This document shows positions 14,130 to 27,396 of a stretch of 64,000 nt of DNA, in pieces (position 1 is the first letter of the stretch; each line of letters begins with the position of its first letter). The stretch is from Schmidtea nova (Eukaryota): NCBI GenBank assembly GCA_044892505.1, contig CM097884.1:20522001-20586000 (forward strand). Direction: 5' to 3'. A model generated the notes under the pieces. It saw only the letters and a program-made list of their open reading frames with translations, was not told the origin of the DNA and searched no databases. Position numbers and translations under genes: made by a program.

Positions 14130-14480
14130 TAGTGATCTTCAAGATCCCATTTGTTAACCACACAACAGTAAAATTTGTTATATTGAACTTCCTAATGAAA
14201 TTATTTCACAATCTCACTCAAGTCCAAAAGTGAATGTTTGTATGGGTGTTTCTGTTTCACTTGTCTATGGTCCATTCTTTTTTCATGATGGGAAAAGCTT
14301 TTTTAATATGCTGAAAAATAATATCCCAACAGAAAAACTTTTCTGTTCATGGGTGCCAATGATTAATTAACAAATTTCCGGGAAGATACATTGGAAGAGC
14401 ATGATCATTTATTTGGGTTGTTATATCCCCTGATCAATCACCATTCGACTTTTTTCTTTGAGAGCGTATACGCAAGAAAA
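14130..14480 (+). mobile_element. Degenerate Tc1/mariner-superfamily transposase remnant
   Basis: Fragment HSSPKVNVCMGVSVSLVYGPFFF resembles the PKVNVWCGIS..GPFFF motif. A decayed SPDLxPxDFFLW-like segment lies near 14420-14460. Confidence 0.4.
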
Positions 14481-16561
14481 CCTAAAGAATCTTCAAAAGA
14501 TATTTATTAATATATTCTCATTGTATATTGAATAAAATCTTTTCATTCCGTATTAAACATTCCGAGCCTTCATTTCAATATTATTTATATTATTCGACGC
14601 GATTTACGAAATTCTTAATTTGCGAAATTTATCACTGAAAATCTGTCACATTTTCTTCTAAATTTATTAAATTATTCAGCTTTTTAAATTAATTTCTTAA
14701 AGAATTAAGATTTTTTTCAAATTAATTTTGAAGAAGAAAACGAAAATTCTTTTTCGTAATATTTTCTACATTAAGCTTTAATTAGTCTATTTTATCTAAA
14801 TTGTTTAAAGATTTCTCTGTAAGCTATAAAAGTATAGAAACAACTGTAAAATGTCTAAATATTACTTCAAAATTTCCTGTCTTATTTGGGCTTTTTAGTA
14901 AATTTTCTGTTTAAATATTTGAGAGTTAAATGGAAATTCCTTAAAATTGAGCGGAGGTATGTATACGCCGAATTGAAATTTGCATCCGGAGAAATAATTA
15001 TTTTTCTCAAGATTTATAAATAATTTCTAATAATCTGAATATAATTTCTATATTTTGTATTTTTATAGTTAATAAATAAATCAATTAGATTTTCTATTTC
15101 TATTTATTTTCCTTTTATTTTCTATGATTAATAATCGACAAAATATATAAAATATGTAGAAAGTGTAAAAACAATTACCTTTTTAATCAATAGTGAAGCA
15201 GATAAAAGTGTTCATTGTTTAGACGATTTACCCTTGGGCTGTACTGAATTTTGGGTTTCGATTTATGTTGAGAAAACTTAAAAAATTAAGAAATTAAAAT
15301 GGCTTCATTATCCATTTTACCAATATTTGAATGGTATATTACCATCAATATAAAAACTTCATTTTTATGAAACTCTTTCTGATTAAAGGCTAAACATTCA
15401 TAAATTTCATTCTAAATCCTTTTGTGTTATCTATTGTAAACACGCTTTGTGCACTGCTTATACTATGCAACGATAGTATTTTAAAAGAAGTAAATATTAG
15501 ATTTGCACATGTAGTAAGTTAGTCAGGTAATTTAAAAAATTCGAGGTCATTGACAATTTATTTGAAAAGATTTCAAGTCTCTTGAATTGTCGTTGACCTC
15601 TCGTTTTTAAGATTTGGCAACTCGTTGAAATTTGACACTTCATGCTTGAAAGCCTTATGTCAATGAATCAACTCATAGCCTTATTCTGTATGGAAAATGA
15701 AGAATAGTCAACATTATTTGCTGTATAATAGCTTTTTGTTATAAAGCTCTGTCTTTTACGTTCATTTGATCAAATTACTAGAGACATTTCAAATAAAAAT
15801 TCAACAATACCACTTATCATATATACCAGCAATTCCAAAACTGGAGTCCGCAAGATTTCACAAGTTAGAAATATATTGTACATCTTTCTCGAATGGGCCG
15901 AGCAGTGTTAAGGACTAAACCAACGTCGCATATAAAACCGAATGGTAATGACGCTGAGAAAGACGGGTCAGTCTCTAAACTACCATCACCCTGTAATACA
16001 TAATTGATGCCAAATGAAGCTTTTGCCAACTAATTAGTTTTGGATGTAGTGATTTATCTTAAAGTTTTATTTAATTTTTTTTCCAAAATTTTCCAACCAT
16101 GAACTAATATTTGAAAACTTGAAAAATTGACTGAAGGAAAGATCTTTGGGAATTGAAGATATGAAAAACCTTGTAATTGTTACATTTTTAGATTCCAGAT
16201 TAAAAAAACTGTTTTAACACGAAGTGGTCTAATCTTTGATTTTAAACATGTTTTGTGATAAGGCAGAAGAGAATAAAGAATAGCATCTTTTTGATAACGA
16301 ATAAGATTAAAATTATGATAATAATGAGTCAAAACTTTAGAATATAATAAATGGTCGATTCGTATGTGTGTATTTTTGATTTGAACACATGTAGGTCGGT
16401 GATAGCATGTTGACGGTCAATTAAATTTAAAAATGCATATATGTGAGTTTTGAGGTTTTGTTGGATAGGGTTTGGTCGGCTTGTGGTTATATACATCCAA
16501 TGATTTGAGTGTGTTAATTTTTGGTTTTTTGTGTGTTTCAATTTAAAATTTTTGAAAAGTT

Positions 16562-17200
16562 GATATGGAAACCATCTGACATCATTATTCTACAATGAAT
16601 CGAAGGTAGTTCCCGAAAGACACATTGACGTTGATTGAAGCTAATAATCAATCAAAATATCATCAAAGAAATTATGATTCCACTCATGTTTGAAATTTTC
16701 AAAGCTCTAACTGTCTTTTTTCTATTCAAGTTTAGCTATCTTTTTATGCTTCTGGAAAATCAGCTGGGTATGCTTTATCCCATGCTATTGGTATAATTTA
16801 TTTAACTAGAAGATACGTAACTGATAATCTAATAAAAATTATGACCAAGAGGGACATAATTTTATAACTACAGCCGAGAGAAAATTTGCCAGAGATAATA
16901 AAGAAAAACTATCATATTTAGCTCTTGATTTTGAACTTAAAATGCAATCAACTATCTCTACATCTTCATTTGAAAGAGAATGCTTACGATCAAACAATAA
17001 AAATAAATAAATAATTTCAAACCGTTCCAGAATATGTCATCACCATTATCAAGTTTCAAGTTCAAACATTTTATTATATTGATGTTCATTCATCCGGTTT
17101 TTCTGATGTCAACTTTATATTATATTGTGATCCTGAAATTCGCAACTCAAAAAAGTTTACTTCAAAGACGGTCATCTTTAAGTGAAGTTTCACAATAATG
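16562..17200 (+). pseudogene. Actin pseudogene fragment (intronless, multiple stops and frameshifts)
   Basis: Collinear actin-like fragments: DMETI*HH..FYNESKVVPERH, MFEIF, SFYASG, GYALSHAI..YVTDNLIKIM, GHNFITTAERKFARDNKEKLSYLALDFE, VITI, CDPEIR. Confidence 0.85.
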
Positions 17201-17701
17201 ATAGTTTTCTCTGCCAAATATTTTATAGTGACTTTTTTCTCTTAACAGAATAAATTATTAACAAAATTTTAGAAAGAGTTTCTACGGCTTTACAAATCTA
17301 TTTATCCATTTACCAGTTTGTTTATATTTGCGTACTTTTTATTTATTAAATGAAATTATCTAAGTCAATTAACACTAGAACTACGGGGGGAAATCTGTAC
17401 TCAAAATTATCTGTCGACGAGTCAAGTCGACAAATTATTAATTCTGTTTTATATATACTTTCTTTTAATAATTTTGACAATAGTGTGTATAATTCAATCT
17501 TCTATATCCCTGTCAATGTACTTTCTTTATATAGAATGAATCCGTATCAATGTTTAATTAATAAAATTTACTGGTAGTTTTAGTTGTTGATCTGCTGAAT
17601 TTCAAATTCAATCATTTACCAAATTTCGTTGAAAAAAATAATTTTATAATAATATATTTAAATTTAAATCACGGATTTATGAGAACGATTATATATTTTA
17701 G

Positions 17702-17872
17702 AAAAACAACATAAAATATCCAATCAAATGTCAAATACTGATCATATTAGAGATTGGAGAAATGGAGTCAGTCTCGTCAAAAAAACACTCGGATCAAACA
17801 ATCGAGTTTCCCAAAAGTCTCCAGTCAACAAAAGCCAGTCAACTTCTCCATCTAGATTAACAAAAAAGCAAA
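17702..17872 (+). CDS. Host gene exon, CEP350-like (putative)
   Basis: ttag acceptor, open frame EKQHKISNQMSNTDHIRDWRNGVSLVKKTLGSNN...KKQ, gtatgt donor (phase 1). WRNGVSLVKKTLG matches the WRDGQKLVKKILG motif recalled from CEP350. Confidence 0.55.
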
Positions 17873-18277
17873 GTATGTCGATAAGAATTTTTATAATTTT
17901 TTTACTATTATTATCAACGCATCACCATTTAAATAAATAGTATTCTAAAAATATAAAGTATTAATTTATTTATTAATATCTCCTAAATAATATTTTCTTT
18001 ACCTAAATATCTCTTATAGTTGGGAAATGAGGCTTAGCGTATTATCTTAGTTGAAAAAATTATCAAATTTTCTGAGATACATAGCCAAATATTTTTGATT
18101 CTTTATCAAGTTTACTGAATAATTGAAAAATAAGGAACCTAATCCCTTTTAAGCAAATTATTATTATTTATTTTCAAATTTTCTTTTAATATGATCTTGA
18201 TTATGTCACTTTTTTGGTAAATAAAAGATCAACAAACTGAAGGTTTTCCAATTAAATTATTGATAGCAAAAGTTGCG

Positions 18278-18309
<32 letters not shown>

Positions 18310-21289
18310 ACATCATTTTTAAAATATATTATTGCAATATATTTCGACAGCTCAGCTATCATCATCAGTATGTATTAAACACTTGATAAAGGCTGTGCAG
18401 AAATATTGTTCAAAGAAATTTTGATCTATAGTCTTACTATTATGGAAATTATTGATATTAATATTAAAAAAAGATCAAAGGTGAAACAAAAATATAATTA
18501 TGATTATATATATATATATATAATTACATTGGTTGTTTAGAATTATTTATAGGAGCAGAGATCAGTAATAGGGAGGTGCTACCTCCATCCACTTAAAACA
18601 GTCAAGTTAATGGAGGTGTACCGTATTCACCATGATCCCTGTTTGATTGATTATATTTAATTCAATTATTCGTGACTGAAATTCATCACATGACACGTGT
18701 ATATACAGTAACATATAATTAAAATGCTGTATAAAAGCCTTAATTTCTAAACAATTTTCATAGAAACTTATTGAAAATTCAATTCTGTTCAAACAGCCAA
18801 ATTAATTTAAAATAAATCAAGTAGATTTCGGAGAAAATCGATAATAATTCAAAAATTCAGACATAATTTTTCAAACAATTTGTTTACACAAAAAATTAAA
18901 AACGAAAAAAATTTAAAACCTTGGTCAAAATCTCAATTATTTAAACAACTCGTAAATAACCTTAATATAATCCGATTGTTTATAATAATTTAAAATCAAA
19001 CTGTTTTCGCTAATTTTACTCAATTTATTTTTTAATATATTTTTATTAAAATTTCAAAATTTTTCGTTAATATAAACAAATATATAAGTATCCTTATATA
19101 TAATATTTAATAAAAATTTAATAAAACTTATTTATTTCCATTGAAACCTATATATTGCTAACACATTTGGCTCCATGGTTTTGTTTCCCGCGCGATATGC
19201 CAGTCTGCTATATAAAGAAACCCCAATTGCACTTGAAATTTTCTAGGGCTGCATATGGTAGGGTTCGCGATAGACAGGGTAGAAATTGTTACAATTGCTA
19301 TAGATTTTGAAATATTTCAATTTTATACAATTTTTAAAAAAATGTGCAAGAGAAACGGAACAATATCGATTTGTTTCCACTAGTCAATGGATCAAAATGA
19401 AGTGCTATTGGTTTCATTTCACTTAGCATGAATATAATATCACCACATTCACAAGGACTCCATTTTTTGTTGCGTGAAACCAAGCCGGATTTTTGATTTC
19501 ATATAATATCATTGCTTCCGCATAGAGATCTGAAATGAGATATCAACCAGAATGCATTTCCTTGAGTCCATTGCTCAAAGAGTCGTACTGCTTAATTTTG
19601 GGATTATTAATAGAAAGTTTTCGGTTCTATTTAAGTTTTCTCTGTTTTTATTATAAGGTTAGTAATACGATATGAATAATAATTCTCTTTGTACAATCAT
19701 TAAATTCAGCGAATAAATATTCCCAGATTTTTAGTTCTATAATTATCCAAAAAATTCTGTGATAGAATGCCATTGTAATATTCTCTCTAACAGATATTCT
19801 CATTGGCAATTTATAAAGAATTCCTTCATCCATGAAGTGCACATCTATTGCATTCGAATTAAATAAGTTAAAGGTTGTTTTTAATGGGCTTGCTGTTATA
19901 TACTTATATAAATTAGACAAAAATATTATGACATTCTATACTGATATTAATCTCATATTTCAATTATATTCAGTAGAATTAGAGCTGTTATTATAAATTA
20001 ATGAACAATCTAATTGCTCTATATATCTCTAGCATTATGGCAACGGTTGCAATCGACCTGAACATGATCCAAAACTGTTTATTATTCATTTCTATACGGT
20101 GACATTTTCTCGTGTGAGACACAGCTGATATAAAAAGTGCTTCTATTTATATTTTATATCAAAACTTTTGTTTAGTGACCGATATCACATCTAAAATCAC
20201 ATGAAATTTAGCCAATAATTTTAGATTTGCAGCGTCTTATTACCGCGTTTTTATGAAACTAATTAGCGTTTGAAGTGAATCTTAAGCTGAAAATGTATTA
20301 ATTTTTTTGTTTTATTATTTTTAAAAAATTATTGTGGACAATATATTTCAAATGATTTGACATCAAAAAGTTTCGATTTGATCAGGACTGGATCAAACAG
20401 GTTTGCGGTCTGAGTCAACTCTGGTTTAGCACTTTTCAGCAGGGCGCTACTTGTATTTTTGAAATTTTGCATATTATTAAAAAATAGCACATTTTTTAAA
20501 TTTGCAATATTTAAACAAATTATTAATTTGTATGGGTCGTTTTTAAAAATAATAATTAATGAATGAGTAAGGATCTCAACATAAATAATAATAACAATTA
20601 TAACAATCCAGAATTCAAGAGAAGGAAAATATTCAGTAAGAAGTGATAAATCCATTGGAAATAATTTCGCTTTTTGAGTGATCAGGATCTTTTTAAGATT
20701 GAAATATTTTTTTAAAATAAACATTGCAGAAAAACTTACCTTATTATTATGTTTTAATAAACTCATTGGATGTAAATCTAATTTATATAATATAAATAAT
20801 ATATAAATTATCTTTCAACTTTAGATTTTCATTTTATATTTTTAATTGTTTTTTTTATTTTTTCAAAATCTCTGAAATACATCAACCAAATTATTTTTAA
20901 ATTGTGAAATGCCGTAAACTCAAATATTTTAACAAATAATTTATCAAATAAGTTAACAAACTAGTAGGATGGTGGTTTCACTGGCTTTTTCTTTAAAGTT
21001 GTTGTTGGCTATTCGTTTCTAGTGAAGGTTACTTCATAAAAAGAATTTTTTATCACTGTGACTGGTCATAATTAATGTTGATAATAATGTTTTACATTAT
21101 TTAAAATTATAAATATCTTTAATTTTCTTCATCTTTGATCTTTTTTTACAATTTCATAAATTTTCATTTTTATGACAATCAATCAAAATTTATTTTGTCT
21201 ACGAAAAATATTTTGATCTTTTGTCTTAAAAATGATAATGTATGAAATATGCACATGATGCGATAGACTACGTTTTTACAGAAAAATAA

Positions 21290-21830
21290 AATTCAACCAG
21301 AGAAGGCAGAAAGACCTACAAAAGGAAAAAGAAATTCTACCTTCGAATTCCTTTCATCAATGACCGGATCAATTTTATGATCATCAAATAACTTAATCTT
21401 GCTGGTCTTCCGATTCGTTTGGCACATTAGCTTATGACATTGAGGCAAGCCCTGGCTAACAACCCAAGAAAAGAAAATATATGTGAGATGGAAAACTACC
21501 AAACACCAAAGAAAAAATGTTTTCGCAATCACATTGTCTATAGCATCATGTGTAATAAATGCGAAGAAATTTACATCGAAAGCACCCATCGGACTTTGCA
21601 TCAGAGAATTAAAGAACATTTTGATCCTGGTTGAAAGTCATCTGTATATAGACATCTTCACTAATGTCAGACAGAAAATAAGGAAAAATTAATATCAGTG
21701 AGAATATTGACAAGCGAAAACGACGAAAAAATCTAAGACTTAAAAAAGCTATTCTCAGTAGAGACAAACAACCAAAAATTAACTCTAAAGAGGAAGTTAG
21801 CGAAATTGCCCACTTACTACCTTGCTAAAA
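21290..21830 (+). mobile_element. Penelope-like GIY-YIG 3' fragment (pseudogenised)
   Basis: HIVYSIMCNKCEEIYIESTHRTLHQRIKEH followed by frameshifted NLRLKKAIL...QPKINSKEE. Confidence 0.75.
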
Positions 21831-22496
21831 AAACATAAGGTTCTACAAAAAAGAAAGTGAAAAGGAAAAACAAAGGGGAAGAAAAGAGATAGTACAATGA
21901 ATATATGGGCATTTCAAAGAGATATAATTAAATTAATTTTAAAATTTAAATATAAAGGGTTGGAAAATTGAAATGTAAAATACAGACAATAAATGAAAAA
22001 TTTTAAATTTTAAAAAGGATAAATTTATTTATTCTGAAAAAATTTTAAATTTTAGAGTTCATTTTATATTTTTAAAATTTTTAACAAAAAACATTTTAAA
22101 AAACCGATTTTAGAATTTAAAATTTAAAATTGATATTAATCAGATTTAAATCCAATGAAAAGGAAGATAATTCAGAAAAAGAAACAGCAGAAATGAATGA
22201 AGATATCAGTTATATACCGAGTTAGGGATTGACGAAGAATTTTTTATAATCGAAAATTTTCTCACTTAATTAAAATGCTTTGCNNNNNNNNNNNNNNNNN
22301 NNNNNNNNNNNNNNNNNNNNNNNNNNNNNNNNNNNNNNNNNNNNNNNNNNNNNNNNNNNNNNNNNNNNNNNNNNNNNNNNNNNNNNNNNNNNNNNNNNNN
22401 NNNNNNNNNNNNNNNNNNNNNNNNNNNNNNNNNNNNNNNNNNNNNNNNNNNNNNNNNNNNNNNNNNNNNNNNNNNNNNNNNNNNAATATATATTTT

Positions 22497-22537
22497 GCGC
22501 AATATATTTCGAGAACTTAATTCTCTTCATCAGGTGC
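22497..22537 (-). ncRNA. Minimal hammerhead ribozyme (stem I mismatch)
   Basis: gcac-CTGATGA-a-gagaa/ttaag/ttctc-GAAA-tatat-t-gcgc. Confidence 0.6.
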
Positions 22538-23458
22538 TACCCAATCTTACATTCAAATCTAATTCAAATAAATCGATTTTTTCAAACAAATTAGTTTTAA
22601 TTTTTAAAATAAAATATATATTTTAAATTCCATATTATAGTCAAAAAATTTAAATCGATTAAAATTTTTAATTTAAATAAATTAATCTTAAAAATATAAT
22701 ATTCTTTTATTTTTATACAAAAAAATATTTTTTTAAGAATATATTATAAATATTTCCTAATTTATAACCAACAGAATGATTGAAAACGAAATCCATAATC
22801 CCCAATTGAAAATGCTCTAAAACTCGAGTACAGAAAAGACGGTCAGTCTTGTCCAAAGTATGTGGCATTACGCCCATGACATTTGAAAAATTAAACGAGT
22901 ATAGAACACAAATCAAAAGAAGAAAATAAACATCATCAACAACCACATCAGTTAATTTACTTAAACCGCAAAAAATGAAGCAAACACATGGACTCAAAAC
23001 TCTCATACTCACATATTCACAAACATCGACATGACTGAAAACAACACTAAATCCCATTAATTGACTCCGCTCTGAAACTTGAATACAGAGAAGACGGGCA
23101 GTCTTTTCCAATGTATGTGGCATTTCACCCATAACGTTTGAAAATATAAACGAGAACAGAGCAAAGACCAGTACAGAAAACCTAGAATTGCCAACAGTCA
23201 CATCAATTAATTCATAAACAATAGAATAAGAGAAGGAATCAGCACGAGTGTAAACCTCATCATTAAATCGAAATACTAATTTGACAAAATAAAACTCTAT
23301 ACATTTAGAATTACAAAAATTAAATACAAACTTTTTCCTAGACAAACTTTCAAAGAATACCGGAAGAACTGACGAATTATTATCTTTCTTTAATACATAA
23401 CACAACAAGCATGGCACTAAAATAATTAAAAACAAACGCCAATCCAAATATATATTTT

Positions 23459-23498
23459 GCACAATATATTTCGAGAATTTAATTCTCTTCATCAGGTG
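23459..23498 (-). ncRNA. Minimal hammerhead ribozyme
   Basis: cac-CTGATGA-a-gagaa/ttaaa/ttctc-GAAA-tatat-t-gtg. Confidence 0.7.
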
Positions 23499-23598
23499 AT
23501 ATATAAAATTTATAATATATATTTTATTTTAAAAATTAATATAATTTTGTTTGTAAAAATCGATTTATTTGATTTATATTTGAATGTAAGATTGGGTA

Positions 23599-23639
23599 GC
23601 ACCTGATGAAGAGAATTAAGTTCTCGAAATATATTGTGC
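23599..23639 (+). ncRNA. Minimal type I hammerhead ribozyme
   Basis: gcac-CTGATGA-a-gagaa/ttaag/ttctc-GAAA-tatat-t-gtgc: intact core, 5-bp stem II, palindromic ATATAT stem III, 4-bp stem I. Confidence 0.8.
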
Positions 23640-24065
23640 AAAATATATATTTGGATTGGTGTTTGTTTTTAATTATTTTAGTGNNNNNNNNNNNNNNNNN
23701 NNNNNNNNNNNNNNNNNNNNNNNNNNNNNNNNNNNNNNNNNNNNNNNNNNNNNNNNNNNNNNNNNNNNNNNNNNNNNNNNNNNNNNNNNNNNNNNNNNNN
23801 NNNNNNNNNNNNNNNNNNNNNNNNNNNNNNNNNNNNNNNNNNNNNNNNNNNNNNNNNNNNNNNNNNNNNNNNNNNNNNNNNNNNNNNNNNNNNNNNNNNN
23901 NNNNNNNNNNNNNNNNNNNNNNNNNNNNNNNNNNNNNNNNNNNNNNNNNNNNNNNNNNNNNNNNNNNNNNNNNNNNNNNNNNNNNNNGGTGCGTTTTTTA
24001 AGCATTTGAAGTGCTGTTAATTGACATTTAAATAATAAAAATAAATTTATTCACTTAAAGTGCTA

Positions 24066-25460
24066 CCCCGGCCTACCAAAAGTCTCCAGCTAGGCAATTA
24101 TTTACATATTGCAGTTTATAATGAACAGTTTATAATGAACAGCAGTGGGAACAACTGTCAAAAACACACACGAATACTGAATGTTTGTAGTGATGAGAGA
24201 GTTAGTACTTCGTTATATTACCTTTCATCTGGATAACAAGGCGCACTCGTTTAGGCATTGTATCGACCACTTTTGCCAGAAAATCAGGGGAGATGTGTGA
24301 CCATTTCTCATGCAGATGCGTTTCCAGTTCGGAGGCGTTAAAAATAAATGGGAATCCTTTTGTGAACTCGTCTACCAAGGACGTCCCACAAAAACTCAAT
24401 TGGATCTAGATCATAGCTTTGTAGAACCCAATCCAAAACGTTGATGCTGTGCTGCAGAAAGAATTCCTTCATAATGTGCGAAGTATGGATTGGTGCATTA
24501 TCCTGTTGGAAAATGAGCCCCTCAATTTATGGGAGAAAGGCAACAAGCTCATTTTCCAGAATGGCAAGCTATTCCACTGACGTCATGTGATTGCTGGACT
24601 TCACTATAGGGCCAGTTCCACGAGCTGAGAAAAGACTCCAAAACATGATGGAGCCTCCTCCATATTTCACATTTGGCTGAATGCAGTAAGGGTGAAATCG
24701 TTCTCCTATACGACACCAGCAGAATTTCTGTCCACCAGATTTGAAAAGAGTTCAACATGAGTCATCACTCCAAATGACTGAGTGCCATTGTTCTGCTGTC
24801 CAACTCCTTCTCTTCTGGCAGAACCACTTAAAGCGACGACGAAATGTTTCCGTAAAAAAAAGGTTTCCTTGCGCAGTATCTGCCATAGAAACCATGAAAA
24901 TTTAATGCGCGACGAATGGTGGACATGCTTGCATGCACAGGACCAGTGTTAAATGTGGACACTAACTTGGACAAGGGAACCGATGATGAGCCACCACAAG
25001 TCGTTTCAGCTGCCGTTGTGTACGGATGCTCAGACGTTTAGGGCGGCCTGAACGTTTCTTGTTAACATGTGTTTGCTACTGGCGGTACTTCCTCAGAAAG
25101 TAGTTAATAGTTCCTTTGTGATGGTCAGTCAATGCAGCAGTTTCACTCTGACTTTTTCCACAAAGGTAACATCCGTAAATACTGCTTTTCTGAAAGTCTG
25201 AAAACTCTCTCAAAGTAGCCATATTCTAAGAAAATGACAATCCTTCATTAAAATGACTCACTGTTATCACTGTTGTGTGTCTGGTGTGAGTAGTCATATT
25301 CTGTGTGTGAGTGCGTGCGTGTGTACATGTGTGCATGTGCGCATGTTGAAGGTGTTGGTGACCTTTGTTCCCATTGCTGTTCATATTTGCATTGCAGACG
25401 TTAATTATAAACTGCAATATGTAAATAACTGCCTGACTGAAGACTTTTGGCAGTCCGGGG
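24066..25460 (-). mobile_element. Tc1-family DNA transposon (1395 bp, degenerate transposase)
   Basis: ~57-bp imperfect TIRs (ccccgg...atttacatattgcagtttataat) and TA on both flanks. Transposase fragments SGRPKRLS, WSDDS, QQDNAPIHTS, DLDPIEFLW and MPKRVRLVIQMKGNITKY. Confidence 0.9.
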
Positions 25461-26373
25461 TATTTAAGTGACACGAATTAAAATCATGTCTTATGACATC
25501 TAGCGTCAAAAGTTAAAAAAGTAAAAACAAATTAGCCCCTAGAAGTCTTTAATTTATTATTTTACTACATTTTAAGATACTTAATGAAAAATAAAATATA
25601 AATAATATAAATTGCATAATCCCTAGAAGGTTTCAGTCAATAAAGTATTAAAAATAACAAAAATCTACAAAAATTTACAAATTAAAAAATAATCAATAGG
25701 ATCAGATAATAAAATCAATAAATTATTGCATAAGGCATCACATAAAATCTACAAATTAAATAAAAATGCACCACAAAAGAATCAAATCAGTAAAATCAAT
25801 TGTCAATGTTAATAAAATACATCAATAAAGTGCATCAGAATAATTTGGACTAGAATCAATAAGGTTCATCGAACTGATTGTACTTGAATTTCTCATTATT
25901 CTTTGCAATGTATATATTATTAATATATTGATCCTATACCTGTTTGAGCATATTATATATAAGCGTTGATTATTTTTTAATCTAGGAATTTCTACATTTT
26001 GGAATGAAGAATGTAACAAAAGAAATTGCAAATCACCAAAAAAAGGTAAGTGTACATCAGTTAGATAAAACTTTAAAAAACATGGAGCAAATTATTAATT
26101 TTTCATTTGATTAATTTTTATACTTCAATATGTGTAAGTCTTTTTGAAAAAATCAAACATCTAGTCCTATGATTTTTCTGGATGAAAATCTTATTTTCTC
26201 TATTAACATCTCTTATTTTTGTTTTAAAATCTTTTAGAATATTTGAAATTGTAGAAACTACTGTACATGTTCAACTATCGTATTATGTCACTTAATTTCT
26301 TTCCTTTTTTTAAGTTGAGTTTTTCATTTTATTAACTTCATGAATTAAATACAGTAGACAGAAGTGTGCTCCA

Positions 26374-26586
26374 TGACTCATCGTTAAACAAAGACAATGA
26401 CGTCATCGATGAGTCACCCATACCCCCCCGCCCCCCCGATGACTCATTTTTTTCTTTGTTATGACTCATCGATGACGTCATCGATGACTCATCGATGACG
26501 TCATCGATGACTCATCACATGACTCATCGATGACGTCATCGATGACTCATTTCAAATTTGAATTTTATGACGTCATCGATGACTCA
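26374..26586. promoter_or_regulatory. Outer AP-1/CRE array (9 TGA[C/G]TCA + 5 TGACGTCA)
   Basis: Counted directly; sites are mostly in optimal ATGACTCAT / ATGACGTCAT context. Function is inferred. Confidence 0.7.
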
Positions 26587-26680
26587 TTTCAAATTTAAAT
26601 TTTAAATTTCCAAAGGTCAAATAAGGTCAAACCTTCAAACAAGGGTATCATTCGAAAGGTCTTTGAAAGGTCTATCCAAT

Positions 26681-27170
26681 GGTCATACCTTCGAAGGTGT
26701 ATGGAGGGTCCTTAACCTTCAAGGGGTCAAAAACCTTTAACCTTTTACAATCCTTACAAGTTATATATCAAACAAAAGGTAATTGAGAGGTAAGTATGAT
26801 GGTCATACCTTTGAAGGTGTATGGAGGGTCCTTAACCTTCAAGGGGTCAAAAACCTTTAACCTTTTACAATCCTTACAAGTTATATATCAAACAAAAGGT
26901 AATTGAGAGGTAAGTATGATGGTCATACCTTCGAAGGTGTATGGAGGGTCCTTAACCTTCAAGGGGTCAAAAACCTTTAACCTTTTACAATCCTTACAAG
27001 TTATATATCAAACAAAAGGTAATTGAGAGGTAAGTATGATGGTCATACTTTCGAAGGTGTATGGAGGGTCCTGAACCTTGAAAGGGTCAAAAACCTTCAA
27101 CCTTTTTTAATTCTTATAATATGTACATCAAACAAAAGATAATTGAAGGGTGAGTATAATGGTCATACCA
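26681..27170. repeat. 120-bp tandem repeat, ~4 copies, inside the TIR
   Basis: Units start at 26681, 26801, 26921 and 27041 (last one diverged). Mirrored at ~43490-43980. Confidence 0.95.
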
Positions 27171-27194
27171 TTGAAGATTAAATTGTTTTCTTAA

Positions 27195-27396
27195 TGACTC
27201 ATCGGTATGATTTATTTGGATGACTCATTGGGATGACTCATCTACATGATTCATCAGTATGACTCATCAGTATGACTCATCAGTATGACTCATCAGCATG
27301 ACTCATCAGTATGACTCATCAGTATGACTCATCAGTATGACTCATTGGTATGACTCATCGGTATGACTCATCAGTATGACTCATCTACATGACTCA
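27195..27396. promoter_or_regulatory. Inner AP-1 array (14 TGACTCA, mostly 13-bp period)
   Basis: Unit tgactcatcagta repeated. Function is inferred. Confidence 0.7.

Larger units (their letters stand above)
22485..23683. mobile_element. Non-autonomous hammerhead-containing (Penelope pLTR / retrozyme-like) cassette with two direct and one inverted repeat
   Basis: The same ~60-150-bp repeat occurs at ~22485-22640 (-), ~23432-23498 (-) and ~23500-23660 (+). Bounded by N gaps. Confidence 0.65.

Noticed and set aside
15820-15992. Upstream exon(s) of the CEP350-like gene
   Set aside because: Several incompatible splice solutions exist; cannot choose without transcript data.
22713-23492. 259-aa ORF as a confident gene
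   Set aside because: Starts inside the hammerhead repeat, has F/V/C/L-rich composition typical of an antisense frame, and shows no recognisable motif; kept only as a note in the cassette finding.
26374-27396. TIR repeat arrays as CRISPR
   Set aside because: No unique spacers, no cas genes, eukaryotic context; these are simple tandem motifs.
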